Shown here piece after piece: positions 22,675-33,297 of a DNA stretch of 64,000 bases. Origin of the DNA: Prochlorococcus sp. AG-402-P18 (GTDB lineage: Bacteria; Cyanobacteriota; Cyanobacteriia; PCC-6307; Cyanobiaceae). The stretch covers positions 192,787 to 256,786 of the forward strand of contig QCJC01000001.1 of assembly GCA_003216275.1 (NCBI GenBank), in the 5' to 3' direction. The notes under the pieces are model-generated. The model was given only the letters and a program-made list of their open reading frames with translations. It was not told where the DNA came from and made no database searches. The position numbers and the translations under genes are program-made. Position 1 is the stretch's first letter. Each line of letters opens with the position of its first letter.

Positions 22675-23757
22675 TTATTCACTGGTCAGAACCAGGACAT
22701 CTCTATGTATAACAAGAGGAGATCCTGTTGATGTGGATTTTGAATTAATTCCTATCTTTATAGCGTCACTGCTCATTGAACAAATACCTTTTGCGATCTC
22801 TTCCCCTTGTGGATTAATAACTTTGACAGGTTGATTTGAAATGAAGTTTCCACTTACTTTTTTTACACCAACCAGTAACAGTGAAGCTCCCTTTTCTTTG
22901 ATGGCTTCAGTGGCACCATTATCTAAGTGAATCGCGCCAACAGGTTTTATTGCATGCGATAACCAACTTTTTCTATTCCCTATAGGTTTTGGATTAGGGT
23001 GGAAAATAGTTCCTAACTTTTTGCCATCAAGTAATTCTCCTAAAGCTTTAGGGTCTCTACCATCAGCTAATTGAACTTTGATTCCGCTTTCTGTTGCGAT
23101 TTTTGCTGCAGTTAGCTTGGTTTTGATTCCACCCGTACCCCAAGTAGATGACTGGTGTTCAAGTTCTAATTTTGTTAATTCATTTGTATTAATTATGTCT
23201 TTAATAGGTTTAGCAGTACTATCTTTTTTGGGGTCTGAGGAGTAAAGATGATCAATATCTGTTAGCAATATCAGTTGATCGGCAGATATAGCAGTTGCAA
23301 CTAATGCAGATAAAGTATCATTATCCCCATACTTTAATTCTTCGTCCGAGACGATATCATTTTCATTTATTATTGGAATAACATCCCATTCAATTAATTT
23401 TCTTAACGTTTGTGAAGCAGATTTATAACTATTTCTTGAACCTAATTCTGACCTAGTCAATAAAATTTGTGCAACTTTAAACCCATATTTAATCATTGCT
23501 TTTTCATATAAGCTCATTAAATGAAGTTGACCTATCGCTGCAGATGCCTGTAGAGAAATAATTTCTTTAGGCCTTACTTTGAAACTCATTTTATGACACC
23601 CTAATCCAACCGCCCCACTTGAAACTAACAAAATCTTGTCCCCTTTCTTCTGTGCTTTTGATATGTATGAACAATAATTATTTATTATCTCAAAGGTTGT
23701 AGATTTACCATCCCCTCTTAAAAGGCTTGTACCTATTTTAATAACCCATGTGGTCAT
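22675..23757 (-). CDS. proB: Glutamate 5-kinase
   Basis: [34 protein letters not shown] domain. Confidence 0.96.
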   Translation of the reverse strand: MTTWVIKIGTSLLRGDGKSTTFEIINNYCSYISKAQKKGDKILLVSSGAVGLGCHKMSFKVRPKEIISLQASAAIGQLHLMSLYEKAMIKYGFKVAQILLTRSELGSRNSYKSASQTLRKLIEWDVIPIINENDIVSDEELKYGDNDTLSALVATAISADQLILLTDIDHLYSSDPKKDSTAKPIKDIINTNELTKLELEHQSSTWGTGGIKTKLTAAKIATESGIKVQLADGRDPKALGELLDGKKLGTIFHPNPKPIGNRKSWLSHAIKPVGAIHLDNGATEAIKEKGASLLLVGVKKVSGNFISNQPVKVINPQGEEIAKGICSMSSDAIKIGINSKSTSTGSPLVIHRDVLVLTSE

Positions 23758-24260
23758 GAAAAGTCTCCAGTTATAATTTTAGCTAGGTATCTTTCTAAGG
23801 ATTGCAATTGATTATTATTTAATCTTTTTCCATAACAATCTACTGAATCTACTAATATTGTGTGCATTCCTAATCTATTGCCAACAAGTATATCTGTAAA
23901 AATTCTATCACCAATTATTGCTATCTCATTAGATGAATGTGGGATTCCATCTATAACCTTCTTTAATTTCCTTATACGTGGTTTACCTGCAGAATGTGAG
24001 TATTCTAAGATTAATTGGTTTGCAATTAATTTGATTCTATTTCTTGATGGGTTGTTGCTGAATAGGTAAATATAGAAATGTTTTTTTGAGTGCATTATCC
24101 AATCTTTTATATCTTTTGAGAGTTCTGGTTCTCTCCCAGATATTATGGTACCGTCTACATCAAGTACTAGCGCTTTTATTCCTTTCGATAATAAGTTCTT
24201 TATCGAAATCTCAGTAATTATATTGTTTACTTTCCATTTTGGTTTAAGTAATTCTTTTAT
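23754..24260 (-). CDS. YqeG family HAD-IIIA phosphatase (extended beyond the ORF-track start)
   Basis: Frame stays open 55 codons upstream of the ORF-track ATG and contains HAD motif I (LVLDVDGT); also GKPR and IGDRIFTD; only ATA/ATT available as start. Confidence 0.8.
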   Translation of the reverse strand: MKELLKPKWKVNNIITEISIKNLLSKGIKALVLDVDGTIISGREPELSKDIKDWIMHSKKHFYIYLFSNNPSRNRIKLIANQLILEYSHSAGKPRIRKLKKVIDGIPHSSNEIAIIGDRIFTDILVGNRLGMHTILVDSVDCYGKRLNNNQLQSLERYLAKIITGDFS

Positions 24261-24262
24261 AT

Positions 24263-24799
24263 CTATTCTGATAATCCTCTCTCCTCAAGTTCAGCCTCGA
24301 TTCCTGATTGTATTCTATCAAATTCATCACCTTCAACAAGGATGACTTCTCCATTCTCTAGCTTTGCTACTATAAAAAATGGGTCAAGGGGTATGTATAG
24401 GCCATATTCATTATCATCAACTCTAAAATTCACAAGAAGTTCATACGTTTCAGATTCATCATCAATTTCATCTTCTTCTATTTCTTCTGGTTCTGGTTCA
24501 TCTAATTCACCTGACACTGTAAGTGTGATTGCTGAGCGAACAAGTCTGAGATCATGTTCTTGAAGAACAACATCAGCTACTTCTAGGATTGGTTCATTCT
24601 TTTCAATTGTTTCAATTAGTTTTGGGTCTTGATTATCAATTAACTGAAATAAGGATACAGGTGTATCAACAGGGGTTAATAAAGCATATTCATTACCTTC
24701 TAGAGGTACTACCTGCTCAAGAAAACATAATAGATCTGACCCCTTAGAGTCTTTAACTAAAAGTGTAGGGACTTCTTCGTTTTTATTAGTTGATGACAT
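24263..24799 (-). CDS. DUF3727 family protein
   Basis: YALLTPVDTPV, LVRSAITLTVSGEL, YGLYIPLDPFF; usual partner of ruvX/yqeG in cyanobacteria. Confidence 0.8.
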   Translation of the reverse strand: MSSTNKNEEVPTLLVKDSKGSDLLCFLEQVVPLEGNEYALLTPVDTPVSLFQLIDNQDPKLIETIEKNEPILEVADVVLQEHDLRLVRSAITLTVSGELDEPEPEEIEEDEIDDESETYELLVNFRVDDNEYGLYIPLDPFFIVAKLENGEVILVEGDEFDRIQSGIEAELEERGLSE

Positions 24800-24805
24800 A
24801 GGTGA

Positions 24806-24826
24806 TTTTTTTTTTTTTTTTTTTTT
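24806..24826. repeat. T21 homopolymer
   Basis: Directly visible, ending 7 nt upstream of the DUF3727 start codon. Confidence 0.95.
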
Positions 24827-24878
24827 CTTTGCAGTATCTGATTTTATTGTGATTAAGTTTTTACATCATATTCAGAAT

Positions 24879-25313
24879 TCAATTTGAGTCATCTAGATTA
24901 GGCCCTTCAATAAGCCATTGTTGTAAAAGTATAGCGGCGGAAGCACTATCTATTCTTCCACTTTTGTCTTTTTTTAAAGAGAATTTTTCTTGCGCCTCTA
25001 TTGTTGTGCATTGTTCATTGATAAAAACTACAGGCAGTCTTAAATATGTTGCTAATTTAGTACCATATTTCTTACATCGAATTGATTGGGTTGTTTCGTT
25101 CCCTCTCATATCAAGTGGATTCCCAATCACAAGTCCCTTAACTTTTCTTATAGTACAGATTTGACAAAATTGTTTGAGATCTTCTTCAAAACTCGTTCTA
25201 AAGATTGCTGGAAGTTGAGTTATTGATATGCCAAGAGGATCGCAACCTGCTATCCCTATCCGTTTATTTCCAATATCAAGACTTAAAACTGATCGTGGTT
25301 TTGGTTGATTCAT
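24879..25313 (-). CDS. ruvX: YqgF/RuvX family RNase H-like nuclease
   Basis: [34 protein letters not shown]. Confidence 0.92.
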   Translation of the reverse strand: MNQPKPRSVLSLDIGNKRIGIAGCDPLGISITQLPAIFRTSFEEDLKQFCQICTIRKVKGLVIGNPLDMRGNETTQSIRCKKYGTKLATYLRLPVVFINEQCTTIEAQEKFSLKKDKSGRIDSASAAILLQQWLIEGPNLDDSN

Positions 25314-26341
25314 TTATTTTCTTCGATTTTATAAGTTGAAGGCAATTCAGGTTGTTGTTGTAAATTTCCTACAAGATTGGTAATGAGTTCATTCTCTAAT
25401 GATTTTAATTTGTATCCATTTTGCCTTTTCCATATACTTCTTCCTAGAAGCACTCTTTCTTCCTTGATTTCCCAACAGCTATTAGTCAAGAGTTGATTTA
25501 ATTTATTATCTTCACTTGTTGTTTCTAAATAGAGTGGATTTTTATTTAGCTTTATAGTATTAATTCTGTGAGGTATTGATATATTTAGTCGTGCATCCCA
25601 TGCTAAACCCCTGACAACCTCAAATGATGAATCATATTGAGGACAAATAGAAGGTATTAAACCAGCAATGACATCTTTTTTATATTTAATTACACCAGTT
25701 ATTATATTTCTTTTTTCAAAAATATCATGCCATTGCCTATCAAAAATTGAACGAAGGTTGATTGATTCCCTAGCTTGTTCAAGCCTCCATATCTCTTGAG
25801 TATTGTTTTTATTTAATTTTTCCCAGTTGTAGTTCTCCTTGTATTCATTACTATTATATTTATGTTCCTCATTCTTTCCCCAGTATTTTATTATCCTAAG
25901 AGGTTGAAAACCTGATTGTCTTATTATAGATAGATTTTGGATATCATTTGTGTTAATTGAGACTAGAAAACTTTGAGTTTTGATAGAACTTTCATAAATA
26001 ACTTTGTGTAACAGTCGCTGTAATAAATTACAGCGACTGTGAGATATGGATTCTTCTATAAAGTAAGGTTCTGATATTGACCAACAAGAACCTCTTCGGT
26101 TGATTGGTGTAGCTAAAATATAAGCAACTAGATTATTTTTCTCTATGGCTACAAAGCATGTTGAATTACGAATAGGTAGTAAATTTGTAAGTAATGTTTC
26201 TAACGACGAGAACCATTTTTTGTATAGTAAAACTTGGAAAATTCCCAGATATTTTTTATTATATGATCTAAGCATTGATAAATGCTTGAGCATGAGAGGC
26301 TCAATTATTAAATCTGGTAGTGAAGTTTTATCATGTATCAT
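25310..26341 (-). CDS. Hypothetical protein, GNAT-like fold
   Basis: Conserved position upstream of ruvX; ...[15 protein letters not shown]-like motif. Confidence 0.55.
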   Translation of the reverse strand: MIHDKTSLPDLIIEPLMLKHLSMLRSYNKKYLGIFQVLLYKKWFSSLETLLTNLLPIRNSTCFVAIEKNNLVAYILATPINRRGSCWSISEPYFIEESISHSRCNLLQRLLHKVIYESSIKTQSFLVSINTNDIQNLSIIRQSGFQPLRIIKYWGKNEEHKYNSNEYKENYNWEKLNKNNTQEIWRLEQARESINLRSIFDRQWHDIFEKRNIITGVIKYKKDVIAGLIPSICPQYDSSFEVVRGLAWDARLNISIPHRINTIKLNKNPLYLETTSEDNKLNQLLTNSCWEIKEERVLLGRSIWKRQNGYKLKSLENELITNLVGNLQQQPELPSTYKIEENK

Positions 26342-26361
26342 TTAATTATTTTATTATTTTT

Positions 26362-27525
26362 TTATACATCTTGTGAGTTTGATCTTATTTTATCTGGTCT
26401 AATGAGCACTATCGGTGTATGTTGGTTCGCATTACCAGCTGGATTAGAAGTTAAAGCTCTTTTAATTATGTCATTGTTTTTAGGTTTATTTGTTGATAAT
26501 ATTTTTACTCTTCCCAGATCATTTACATCTACTACTGCTATATTAAGACCTAGTTCTTTTGATGCTTTTGTACAAAAGTCTTCCGAATCTTTAGGTCCTA
26601 AAACTATATTTTTATCATATGGTGGTGTTGTGCCGGTTATATCATCAATTAACCTTGCTTGTTCTCCTGCTAACCTGTAGAAAACACCATTAATGCCAAA
26701 TAATTTAGTTATTGCGCCCATTAACCAAGATACCATTACTCTTGTTGGACCATAGATATTTATTAGAGTTTGCATCCCACAAGCTGTTGCCAAGCTGCTT
26801 GTGGGATGGAAAAACTTGCATAGTAATTTTGATACTAGACCTACAGGTATGGATCTAAAATCTATATATTTACCTTGCATAATTGCAAGAGGCGATTCTC
26901 CAATTGTAAGTATATCTGTGGGTAAGTAATCTTTAGGAAGGTAATATTTTAATACGGTAATTGGGTCATCTAATGCACCAAGTATATGAGTTTTAATAGG
27001 TTCTATAAAGCTTGAGGTTGATGATTCATAATTCGATTTATTTAAAAGGTGAGGTATTACGAATCCATCAAATCTTGTAGAAAAGCCGAAAGGCCCATAG
27101 TTAACCCATTCAATACCAATCCATAAACATTCGAGATTATCTTTTGCTGAATCCTTGATCTCATATTCAACTTCTATCTGGACGCGCATAGATTTTTGAC
27201 TTTTAACAATATGTGCAGGCCAATAATCCATGGTATCTTCTTTTTCATCAGGATAGAGTGGCTTTATTTTTGTTTTGATTGATATAATTTCATCATTACA
27301 AATACCAATTAATTGTGGAATCACATTAAATGATGGAATCATAACCTCCATCTTTTTGTGTGAATTGAAGATCTCAACCAAGGCGATATATTTCTGATTA
27401 GTATTTGATTTATTTGTTTTAAATCCTTTGGGCTTTAGAAATAGAGGTGAATATATTCTTAGTTTATGATTTATTTCAGCTAGAATGAAAAATAGTAAAA
27501 AGATAATAAAAATAATTAATATCAT
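26362..27525 (-). CDS. F420-0:gamma-glutamyl ligase-like protein with N-terminal membrane anchor
   Basis: ESPLAIMQG, SSLATACG, IDDITGTTPPYD, VVDVNDLG, NPAGN. Confidence 0.75.
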   Translation of the reverse strand: MILIIFIIFLLFFILAEINHKLRIYSPLFLKPKGFKTNKSNTNQKYIALVEIFNSHKKMEVMIPSFNVIPQLIGICNDEIISIKTKIKPLYPDEKEDTMDYWPAHIVKSQKSMRVQIEVEYEIKDSAKDNLECLWIGIEWVNYGPFGFSTRFDGFVIPHLLNKSNYESSTSSFIEPIKTHILGALDDPITVLKYYLPKDYLPTDILTIGESPLAIMQGKYIDFRSIPVGLVSKLLCKFFHPTSSLATACGMQTLINIYGPTRVMVSWLMGAITKLFGINGVFYRLAGEQARLIDDITGTTPPYDKNIVLGPKDSEDFCTKASKELGLNIAVVDVNDLGRVKILSTNKPKNNDIIKRALTSNPAGNANQHTPIVLIRPDKIRSNSQDV

Positions 27526-27580
27526 TTAGAGTAAAGAATTAGTGATTTTATTTATTAGTATGAAATATTTATAGGGACTT

Positions 27581-28138
27581 TTAAGTACCTCTAGGTCTAT
27601 TATAACCATCCTTAGAAGGTTCACTATTATACTCATTAAAACTTTTAATGGTGACATCAAAATCAGGTTTGTCCAAGCCTGTCGCCTTGCTGATTGCATT
27701 ATTAATAGCATCAATTGGAACCTGCCCTTCCTCGTCTAGAAGAACTTCACCTTTCCCATCAATAATGACCACCTGAGGTATTTTCCCATGCCAATAGAAT
27801 CCAGGTTCTTTAAATGTTTTTTCTTTATCATTATCTATTTCATCTATTGAAAGAGGAATTAAATCTACAGAAGAGCTCCACAGTAATTTTATTCCTGAAA
27901 CTACTGGTGCAAATTCTTTACTAGTTGCACTATCATCTAGATAAAAAACTAAAACACTTGTTCTTTCGTTCTTTAACGATTCTGATAATGTGCTGGGTGG
28001 AGGAACAAGTGAGCCGTTGCCTGCATAGATTGGGAATATATTTCCATCATAACTATCAGTATCTCTAGCAGAATATGCTGGATTAACAGAGAAAATAAGA
28101 AGTACTAATAGTGATGAGAATATTCTAAATAGGATCAA
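27581..28138 (-). CDS. Thioredoxin-like thylakoid protein (PSI accumulation factor family)
   Basis: DSYDGNIF, LVPP, FYLDDS, YWHGKIPQVV. Confidence 0.75.
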   Translation of the reverse strand: MILFRIFSSLLVLLIFSVNPAYSARDTDSYDGNIFPIYAGNGSLVPPPSTLSESLKNERTSVLVFYLDDSATSKEFAPVVSGIKLLWSSSVDLIPLSIDEIDNDKEKTFKEPGFYWHGKIPQVVIIDGKGEVLLDEEGQVPIDAINNAISKATGLDKPDFDVTIKSFNEYNSEPSKDGYNRPRGT

Positions 28139-28207
28139 AGTGAAATGATAATTTTTATAATTCTAAAGTCTTAAAGCTAATCTAGCTATATTTTTTAATA
28201 AATAAAA

Positions 28208-29839
28208 CTATCCTTTAGATAAATTTTTACCCATCCCCTGAGCGATGCCTCTACCTATTAATCCTATAGACCTGCCAATTACTTTAGTAAGAATAAGAAC
28301 GATTAAATCGCCTAAATATTGGATAATCGATTGCACTTGTGGAGCTAGGGCATCTCTTAATTCAATAATAAAAGCTATTTGTCTTTGAGTCCAATCTAAT
28401 TTCCTTAATTCTTCATCTCTAGGTTCCATAATAATAATTTTTTCTATTATGTTTTTATTAACTGTATAATATAATCGTTTACTTTCATATAATCTGACTG
28501 GTTTTTTAAAAATATTTTGGAGTTGATTTTTTGTATTAATATGATTCCTTTTACGTTCAAGCTCTCGTGTTGAAATTAATTCCTTATTTAGGAAGTATTT
28601 ACGCAATTCAGGCCATTCAGAACATGAAGATATTATATCTTCACTAACTAATTCAGCTGTCCTGAATATCCAATTTAAAATAAACATTTCAAGTTGAACT
28701 AGAGCTCTAGGGTCTTTTATTGATAAATATTCGCCATTAATGAGAATAGGCCTATTATTTAAAATTGGATCTATTATTAAGGTTATTGAAGGTAGTTCAT
28801 CATCAATTAATTCAAGTTCTGAATTATGAACTAAGAAATCTGATATTGAAACTTCAACGCCATTTTTTTCTAATCGATCATATGAGTCTATACAATTTCG
28901 TAATGTATTAGCTCTTAATTCTGGTGAAATTGATTGTAATGTTTTTTCAAATCCCTTTTCCTGAATATCTTTCGAATTAAGTTTTCCCATAAGAATTGAG
29001 AACTCGTGCAATAGAGTTTTCAATAGATTAATTCTTTTGATATTGTTTAATGAAAAAAGTGCTGCGAGTTCATCTGTCGGATTTATAAGATCATTTTGAA
29101 GTCTTTCATTTACTCGATCATAAATCACATTCCATATCTCTTTGCTTGAGGAGTTTCTTAATGTTATATCAGTACTATATTTTTTAGTCAGATTTAAATT
29201 GTCATTGGTAATATTTTTAACTGGAGAATCTATTAATACTTCGAGAGGCCCCCATAGCCATAGAATCAATCTTTTAGCTGTTATTAATTCTCTTCTTCTA
29301 CCTAGCAAGATGAAAAGATAAAATGGATTTATTGTTTTATTCTCTATTATCTGCTGTATTGTATTTAGATCTTTATTTATTTGTACCAAACCACTAGTTA
29401 ACAACCAATGTCCTAATCCATATGAATTATTAATCGAATCGGTATTGTAGTTTGTTTCATTAGTCAGTTTAAAAACTCTGCCACCAACCAGCAAAATATT
29501 AATTGATTCTTTTAAAAGTTCTATTGTTGGATCTTGGATAACTCCTTCAGTGCAAAAAGACATCAATTCTGATGGAGAGGCTTTAATGCTTTTTGGCACT
29601 ACAATTAAAATTGGTGATTGATCCCACCTTTCTTTTAGCCTAAGAATTTCTAATTTAATTTGGTTTGATACTTCTGCATCTTCAAGGCAAAATAGAATAA
29701 GTTTAGGTAAACTATTTAAATCTTTTTTATCTAGGATTAGTTCTAAATTATCATCTTGAGATGTTAGCTGCAATGCTAAAGACTCACCCAACAGAGAGGG
29801 CGCTATCATTAAAATTTGATTTGGTCTTTCTTCTATCAA
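28208..29839 (-). CDS. Ycf55/DUF3685 family protein with receiver-like N-terminus
   Basis: STRELERKRN, LYESKR, RDALAPQ, VIGRSIGLIGRGIAQGMG. Confidence 0.85.
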   Translation of the reverse strand: MIEERPNQILMIAPSLLGESLALQLTSQDDNLELILDKKDLNSLPKLILFCLEDAEVSNQIKLEILRLKERWDQSPILIVVPKSIKASPSELMSFCTEGVIQDPTIELLKESINILLVGGRVFKLTNETNYNTDSINNSYGLGHWLLTSGLVQINKDLNTIQQIIENKTINPFYLFILLGRRRELITAKRLILWLWGPLEVLIDSPVKNITNDNLNLTKKYSTDITLRNSSSKEIWNVIYDRVNERLQNDLINPTDELAALFSLNNIKRINLLKTLLHEFSILMGKLNSKDIQEKGFEKTLQSISPELRANTLRNCIDSYDRLEKNGVEVSISDFLVHNSELELIDDELPSITLIIDPILNNRPILINGEYLSIKDPRALVQLEMFILNWIFRTAELVSEDIISSCSEWPELRKYFLNKELISTRELERKRNHINTKNQLQNIFKKPVRLYESKRLYYTVNKNIIEKIIIMEPRDEELRKLDWTQRQIAFIIELRDALAPQVQSIIQYLGDLIVLILTKVIGRSIGLIGRGIAQGMGKNLSKG

Positions 29840-29937
29840 GTTGAATTCAAGTGGCTATCTTTTTTAAGATAACTTGATTTAAAAATACTTCCAGCCCTGA
29901 TCAATAAATCCGTAAGATCAATTTTGTCTTTTTTTTG

Positions 29938-30711
29938 TTATGCAACAAAGTTATCTTTATCATTAATTGAGTCTTGAATATTAAGATTTTTTAGTGTTAA
30001 TTGAGCTTCTTTTAAATCTATTGAACCGTCATACAAGGCTCTTCCCACTATGATTGCTTCAATACCATCATTCTTAAAAATAGCTAAGGAAATTAAATCA
30101 GCTATTGAACCTATTCCACCTGAAGCAATTACTGGATTAACACTTACCTCAGCAATATCCCTTAGGGCTTGAACATTTGGGCCTTTTAGGGTGCCATCAG
30201 TTGAAATATCAGTTGATATTATTGCGGCTAAGTCTAGATCGTTAAGTTGTTTCGCTAAATCTAAGGATGTTATTTCGCTTTGTCTTATCCAACCTCTTGT
30301 AGCAACCATTCCTTTTTTTGCATCAATTCCTACTGCAATTCTTTTTGGATATTCATTAGACAAAAATTTAACTAATTTTGGATTTTCTATCGCGATAGTT
30401 CCTAAAATTATTCTGTCAATTCCAATGTCGAATAATTCTTTTGCACGATCAACGTTCCTAATCCCACCACCAAGTTGAATTGGGATCGAAATTGTTTTTT
30501 GTATTTCTTTGATTATTAGATCATTTATAGGTTCACCACTCTTAGCACCATCTAGATCTACAAGATGCAGTCGCTTGGCTCCTTGACTTTCCCAGGTCTG
30601 GGCTTGTTTTACAGGATCACTATTGAACTTTGTAACCTCATTGTAATTGCCTTGATTTAGCCGAACACATTTTCCATTTAATAGATCTATAGCAGGTATG
30701 ATTTCCATCAA
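29938..30711 (-). CDS. hisA: ProFAR isomerase
   Basis: IPAIDL, HLVDLDGA, GGGIR, TDISTDGTLKG, SGGIGS. Confidence 0.96.
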   Translation of the reverse strand: MMEIIPAIDLLNGKCVRLNQGNYNEVTKFNSDPVKQAQTWESQGAKRLHLVDLDGAKSGEPINDLIIKEIQKTISIPIQLGGGIRNVDRAKELFDIGIDRIILGTIAIENPKLVKFLSNEYPKRIAVGIDAKKGMVATRGWIRQSEITSLDLAKQLNDLDLAAIISTDISTDGTLKGPNVQALRDIAEVSVNPVIASGGIGSIADLISLAIFKNDGIEAIIVGRALYDGSIDLKEAQLTLKNLNIQDSINDKDNFVA

Positions 30712-30801
30712 TAAAATAATTATTTCTATTCATCTAACATCATTTATGTAGCGTTGGGAGATTCTCGATAGGCTTTAATATATTTTTTTTAATAAAGGAT
30801 C

Positions 30802-31719
30802 TTGAAAGTTCTTTTTTTTGGTGGAACAAGATTTGTAGGAAAAGCTCTTCTCACAAGATTGCTATCCAAAGGTCATGAAGTCTTTGTCTTTACACGTGGA
30901 AATTTACCTGTCCCAAAAAATGTAATCCACATTAAGGGAGACAGATCAAAAGATGAAGATCTAAAAAAAATATCTGAATATTCATTTGATCTAATCGTTG
31001 ATAGCTCCGGTCGAAAATTGGAAGATACTCAAAGACTTCTTAACTTTTCAGGTTTTCCGAATTTTAGATTTATCTATATAAGTTCTGCAGGTGTATATCA
31101 AAACAAACAGTTCTTCCCCGTTGATGAAGAGAGCCCAATAGATATCGAAAGCCGTCACATAGGTAAAGCAAAAACAGAGTCTTGGTTGAAGGCTGAAGGT
31201 ATTCCTTTTACTAGTTTCCGTCCAACTTATATTTACGGACCAGGAAACTACAATCCTATTGAAAAATGGTTTTTTGATCGCATAACTAATCGCAGATTTA
31301 TTCCAGTTCCTCTTGATGGACAAATCATTACGCAATTAGGTCATGTCTCTGATTTGGCAGAGGCCATTTCAAAATCTCTTCTAACAGATAAAGCGATAAA
31401 TCAAATCTATAATTGTTCAGGAAGTCAAGCAGTAACTTTTAAAGGGTTAATAGATACAGCAATTTTAGCTACTGGAAATATAGTTTCTGATTTTGATATA
31501 CGTTCTTTTGATCCCTCAAAACTTGATCCTAAGGCTAGAAAACTTTTCCCTTTAAGATTAACTAATTTCTTTACGGATATTTCTAAGATAAAAAATGATT
31601 TATCTTGGGAACCGAAATATGATTTATTAAATGGTTTGATTGATAGCTATGAGAATGACTATCTATTAGTTAATCATAAACAATTAGATTTTAGTTCTGA
31701 TGAGGTTCTTTTTGATTGA
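30802..31719 (+). CDS. NAD-dependent epimerase/dehydratase family (CSP41-like RNA-binding protein)
   Basis: GGTRFVG, SSAGVY, RPTYIYGPGNYN, QLGHVSDLA. Confidence 0.85.
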   Translation: MKVLFFGGTRFVGKALLTRLLSKGHEVFVFTRGNLPVPKNVIHIKGDRSKDEDLKKISEYSFDLIVDSSGRKLEDTQRLLNFSGFPNFRFIYISSAGVYQNKQFFPVDEESPIDIESRHIGKAKTESWLKAEGIPFTSFRPTYIYGPGNYNPIEKWFFDRITNRRFIPVPLDGQIITQLGHVSDLAEAISKSLLTDKAINQIYNCSGSQAVTFKGLIDTAILATGNIVSDFDIRSFDPSKLDPKARKLFPLRLTNFFTDISKIKNDLSWEPKYDLLNGLIDSYENDYLLVNHKQLDFSSDEVLFD

Positions 31720-32263
31720 GTATATATTTTATAGCGGAGATAAAAGTAATAAATAAGCAAATCCAGAATGATATATATCCAACCTTATTAATAAAAATGA
31801 TAATATTATTATTAGCCCAATTTGTTGGCCATAGTAATAGAATTATACTTATAAATTGAAGTGAGGTTTTATATTTACCTAGAATGGAGGCAGGAGCTCC
31901 TGAAGCTTTTCCTGATCGCCAACTAGTTATTAGTAATTCTCTAGATATTAATAACCAGATTGCCCATAATGGAACTAAATCCTCATGAGCCAACCAAATC
32001 ATTGGACCAATAAGAAGTATCTTATCTGCTAAGGGATCTAATTTCGCACCGATAATAGATTGTTGATTATATTTGCGAGCATAATAACCGTCCAGAAAAT
32101 CAGTGAGCCCACCGATTAAGATTAGTATAATGAAAATGTCATTCCTACCACTTGTAAGGCTCAAAATGACCGGCAATCCAAGTAATATCCTTGAAATTGT
32201 TAGTCCATTTATAATTCTTCGCCAACTAATTAATTCTCCTGCAATGTCAAGTTTCTTCCTCAC
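31691..32263 (-). CDS. pgsA: CDP-diacylglycerol--glycerol-3-phosphate 3-phosphatidyltransferase
   Basis: TDFLDGYYAR...GAKLDPLADK CDP-alcohol motif. Confidence 0.9.
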   Translation of the reverse strand: MRKKLDIAGELISWRRIINGLTISRILLGLPVILSLTSGRNDIFIILILIGGLTDFLDGYYARKYNQQSIIGAKLDPLADKILLIGPMIWLAHEDLVPLWAIWLLISRELLITSWRSGKASGAPASILGKYKTSLQFISIILLLWPTNWANNNIIIFINKVGYISFWICLFITFISAIKYILNQKEPHQN

Positions 32264-32476
32264 TTTATTTTGGATTTAGTATAGAATATTTGGTAAAAAA
32301 TTCTTAAGCTTATAGAATTTAATAGTAATTATATTATACTTAGATAGAACCTGCAAAAATCATGACAACTTTTCTTATTATTGTTTTTTTTCTATCCTTA
32401 GTAACAATGTCATTTATTGTAAAAAGGTTAGATCAGGAATAATCATAAAAAATCAATTATTAACTTCATAAATATA

Positions 32477-33088
32477 ATGGAACATTATTTCTATAATTTA
32501 TCTTCAGGAGAAGATGTATACAATTCATTAAAAGAATTGCAAATACATCAAAATTCAACATCTTTTTTGATTAGTGCAGTCGGAGATCTTTCAAAGGTTT
32601 CATTTAAATGTCCTTTAAATGATAATCCTGTGGTTCTAGAAAAGAAATTAGAAATAATTACCTTGAGTGGTTATTTAACATCAAGATCCTCTCACCTTCA
32701 TATAAGTGTGTCTGATGATAATTGCAAAGTATTTGGAGGTCATCTTCTTTCTGGAACAACAGTACTCAGATCTTTAGACGTCTTACTAGGTGTGATTCCA
32801 AACCTTAATCAGCAATCTGTTGGCACAACAAATGATATAAAAGAGAGTGTTGATATTTATGTTTTACCAGATTGTCCTTGGTCAAATAGGGCTCTTAAAC
32901 TGCTTGAATCTTTTGATATAAAATATAATTATAATCTTATTAGCAATGATGAAGAGTTTAAGAAGATTAGTGATATAACCTCTATTAATACCTTTCCGCA
33001 GATATTTATAAAGAATAAATTTATTGGTGGATATTCTGAACTTGCTGCTTTATCTTCGAATGGTAATTTATTCAAGCTCATTGAATGA
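32477..33088 (+). CDS. PPC/DUF296 domain fused to glutaredoxin domain
   Basis: N: EIITLSG, HLHISVSD, GGHL; C: DCPWS and TFPQIF...IGGY. Confidence 0.8.
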   Translation: MEHYFYNLSSGEDVYNSLKELQIHQNSTSFLISAVGDLSKVSFKCPLNDNPVVLEKKLEIITLSGYLTSRSSHLHISVSDDNCKVFGGHLLSGTTVLRSLDVLLGVIPNLNQQSVGTTNDIKESVDIYVLPDCPWSNRALKLLESFDIKYNYNLISNDEEFKKISDITSINTFPQIFIKNKFIGGYSELAALSSNGNLFKLIE

Positions 33089-33297
33089 TTTATATATTTT
33101 TACATTGAAATATCATTATTTTATTTTTTATAATTATAATTTTATTCTTAATCCATTATCTATTAATAATATATTAGAGACAATTTCAATTTTCATCGTT
33201 TTAAACTTAATTAATACTTATTTGTTTTTTTATGCTCATATTTATAGATATATCAATCCCTTTTATTAGATTTATTATTAATAAAAAACATATAATT

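Noticed and set aside
32298-32320. Near-palindrome between pgsA and the PPC-Grx gene
   Set aside because: AT-rich and imperfect, with no supporting motif
33024-33269. 81-aa hydrophobic ORF
   Set aside because: Low-complexity translation of an AT-rich intergenic region overlapping neighbouring genes
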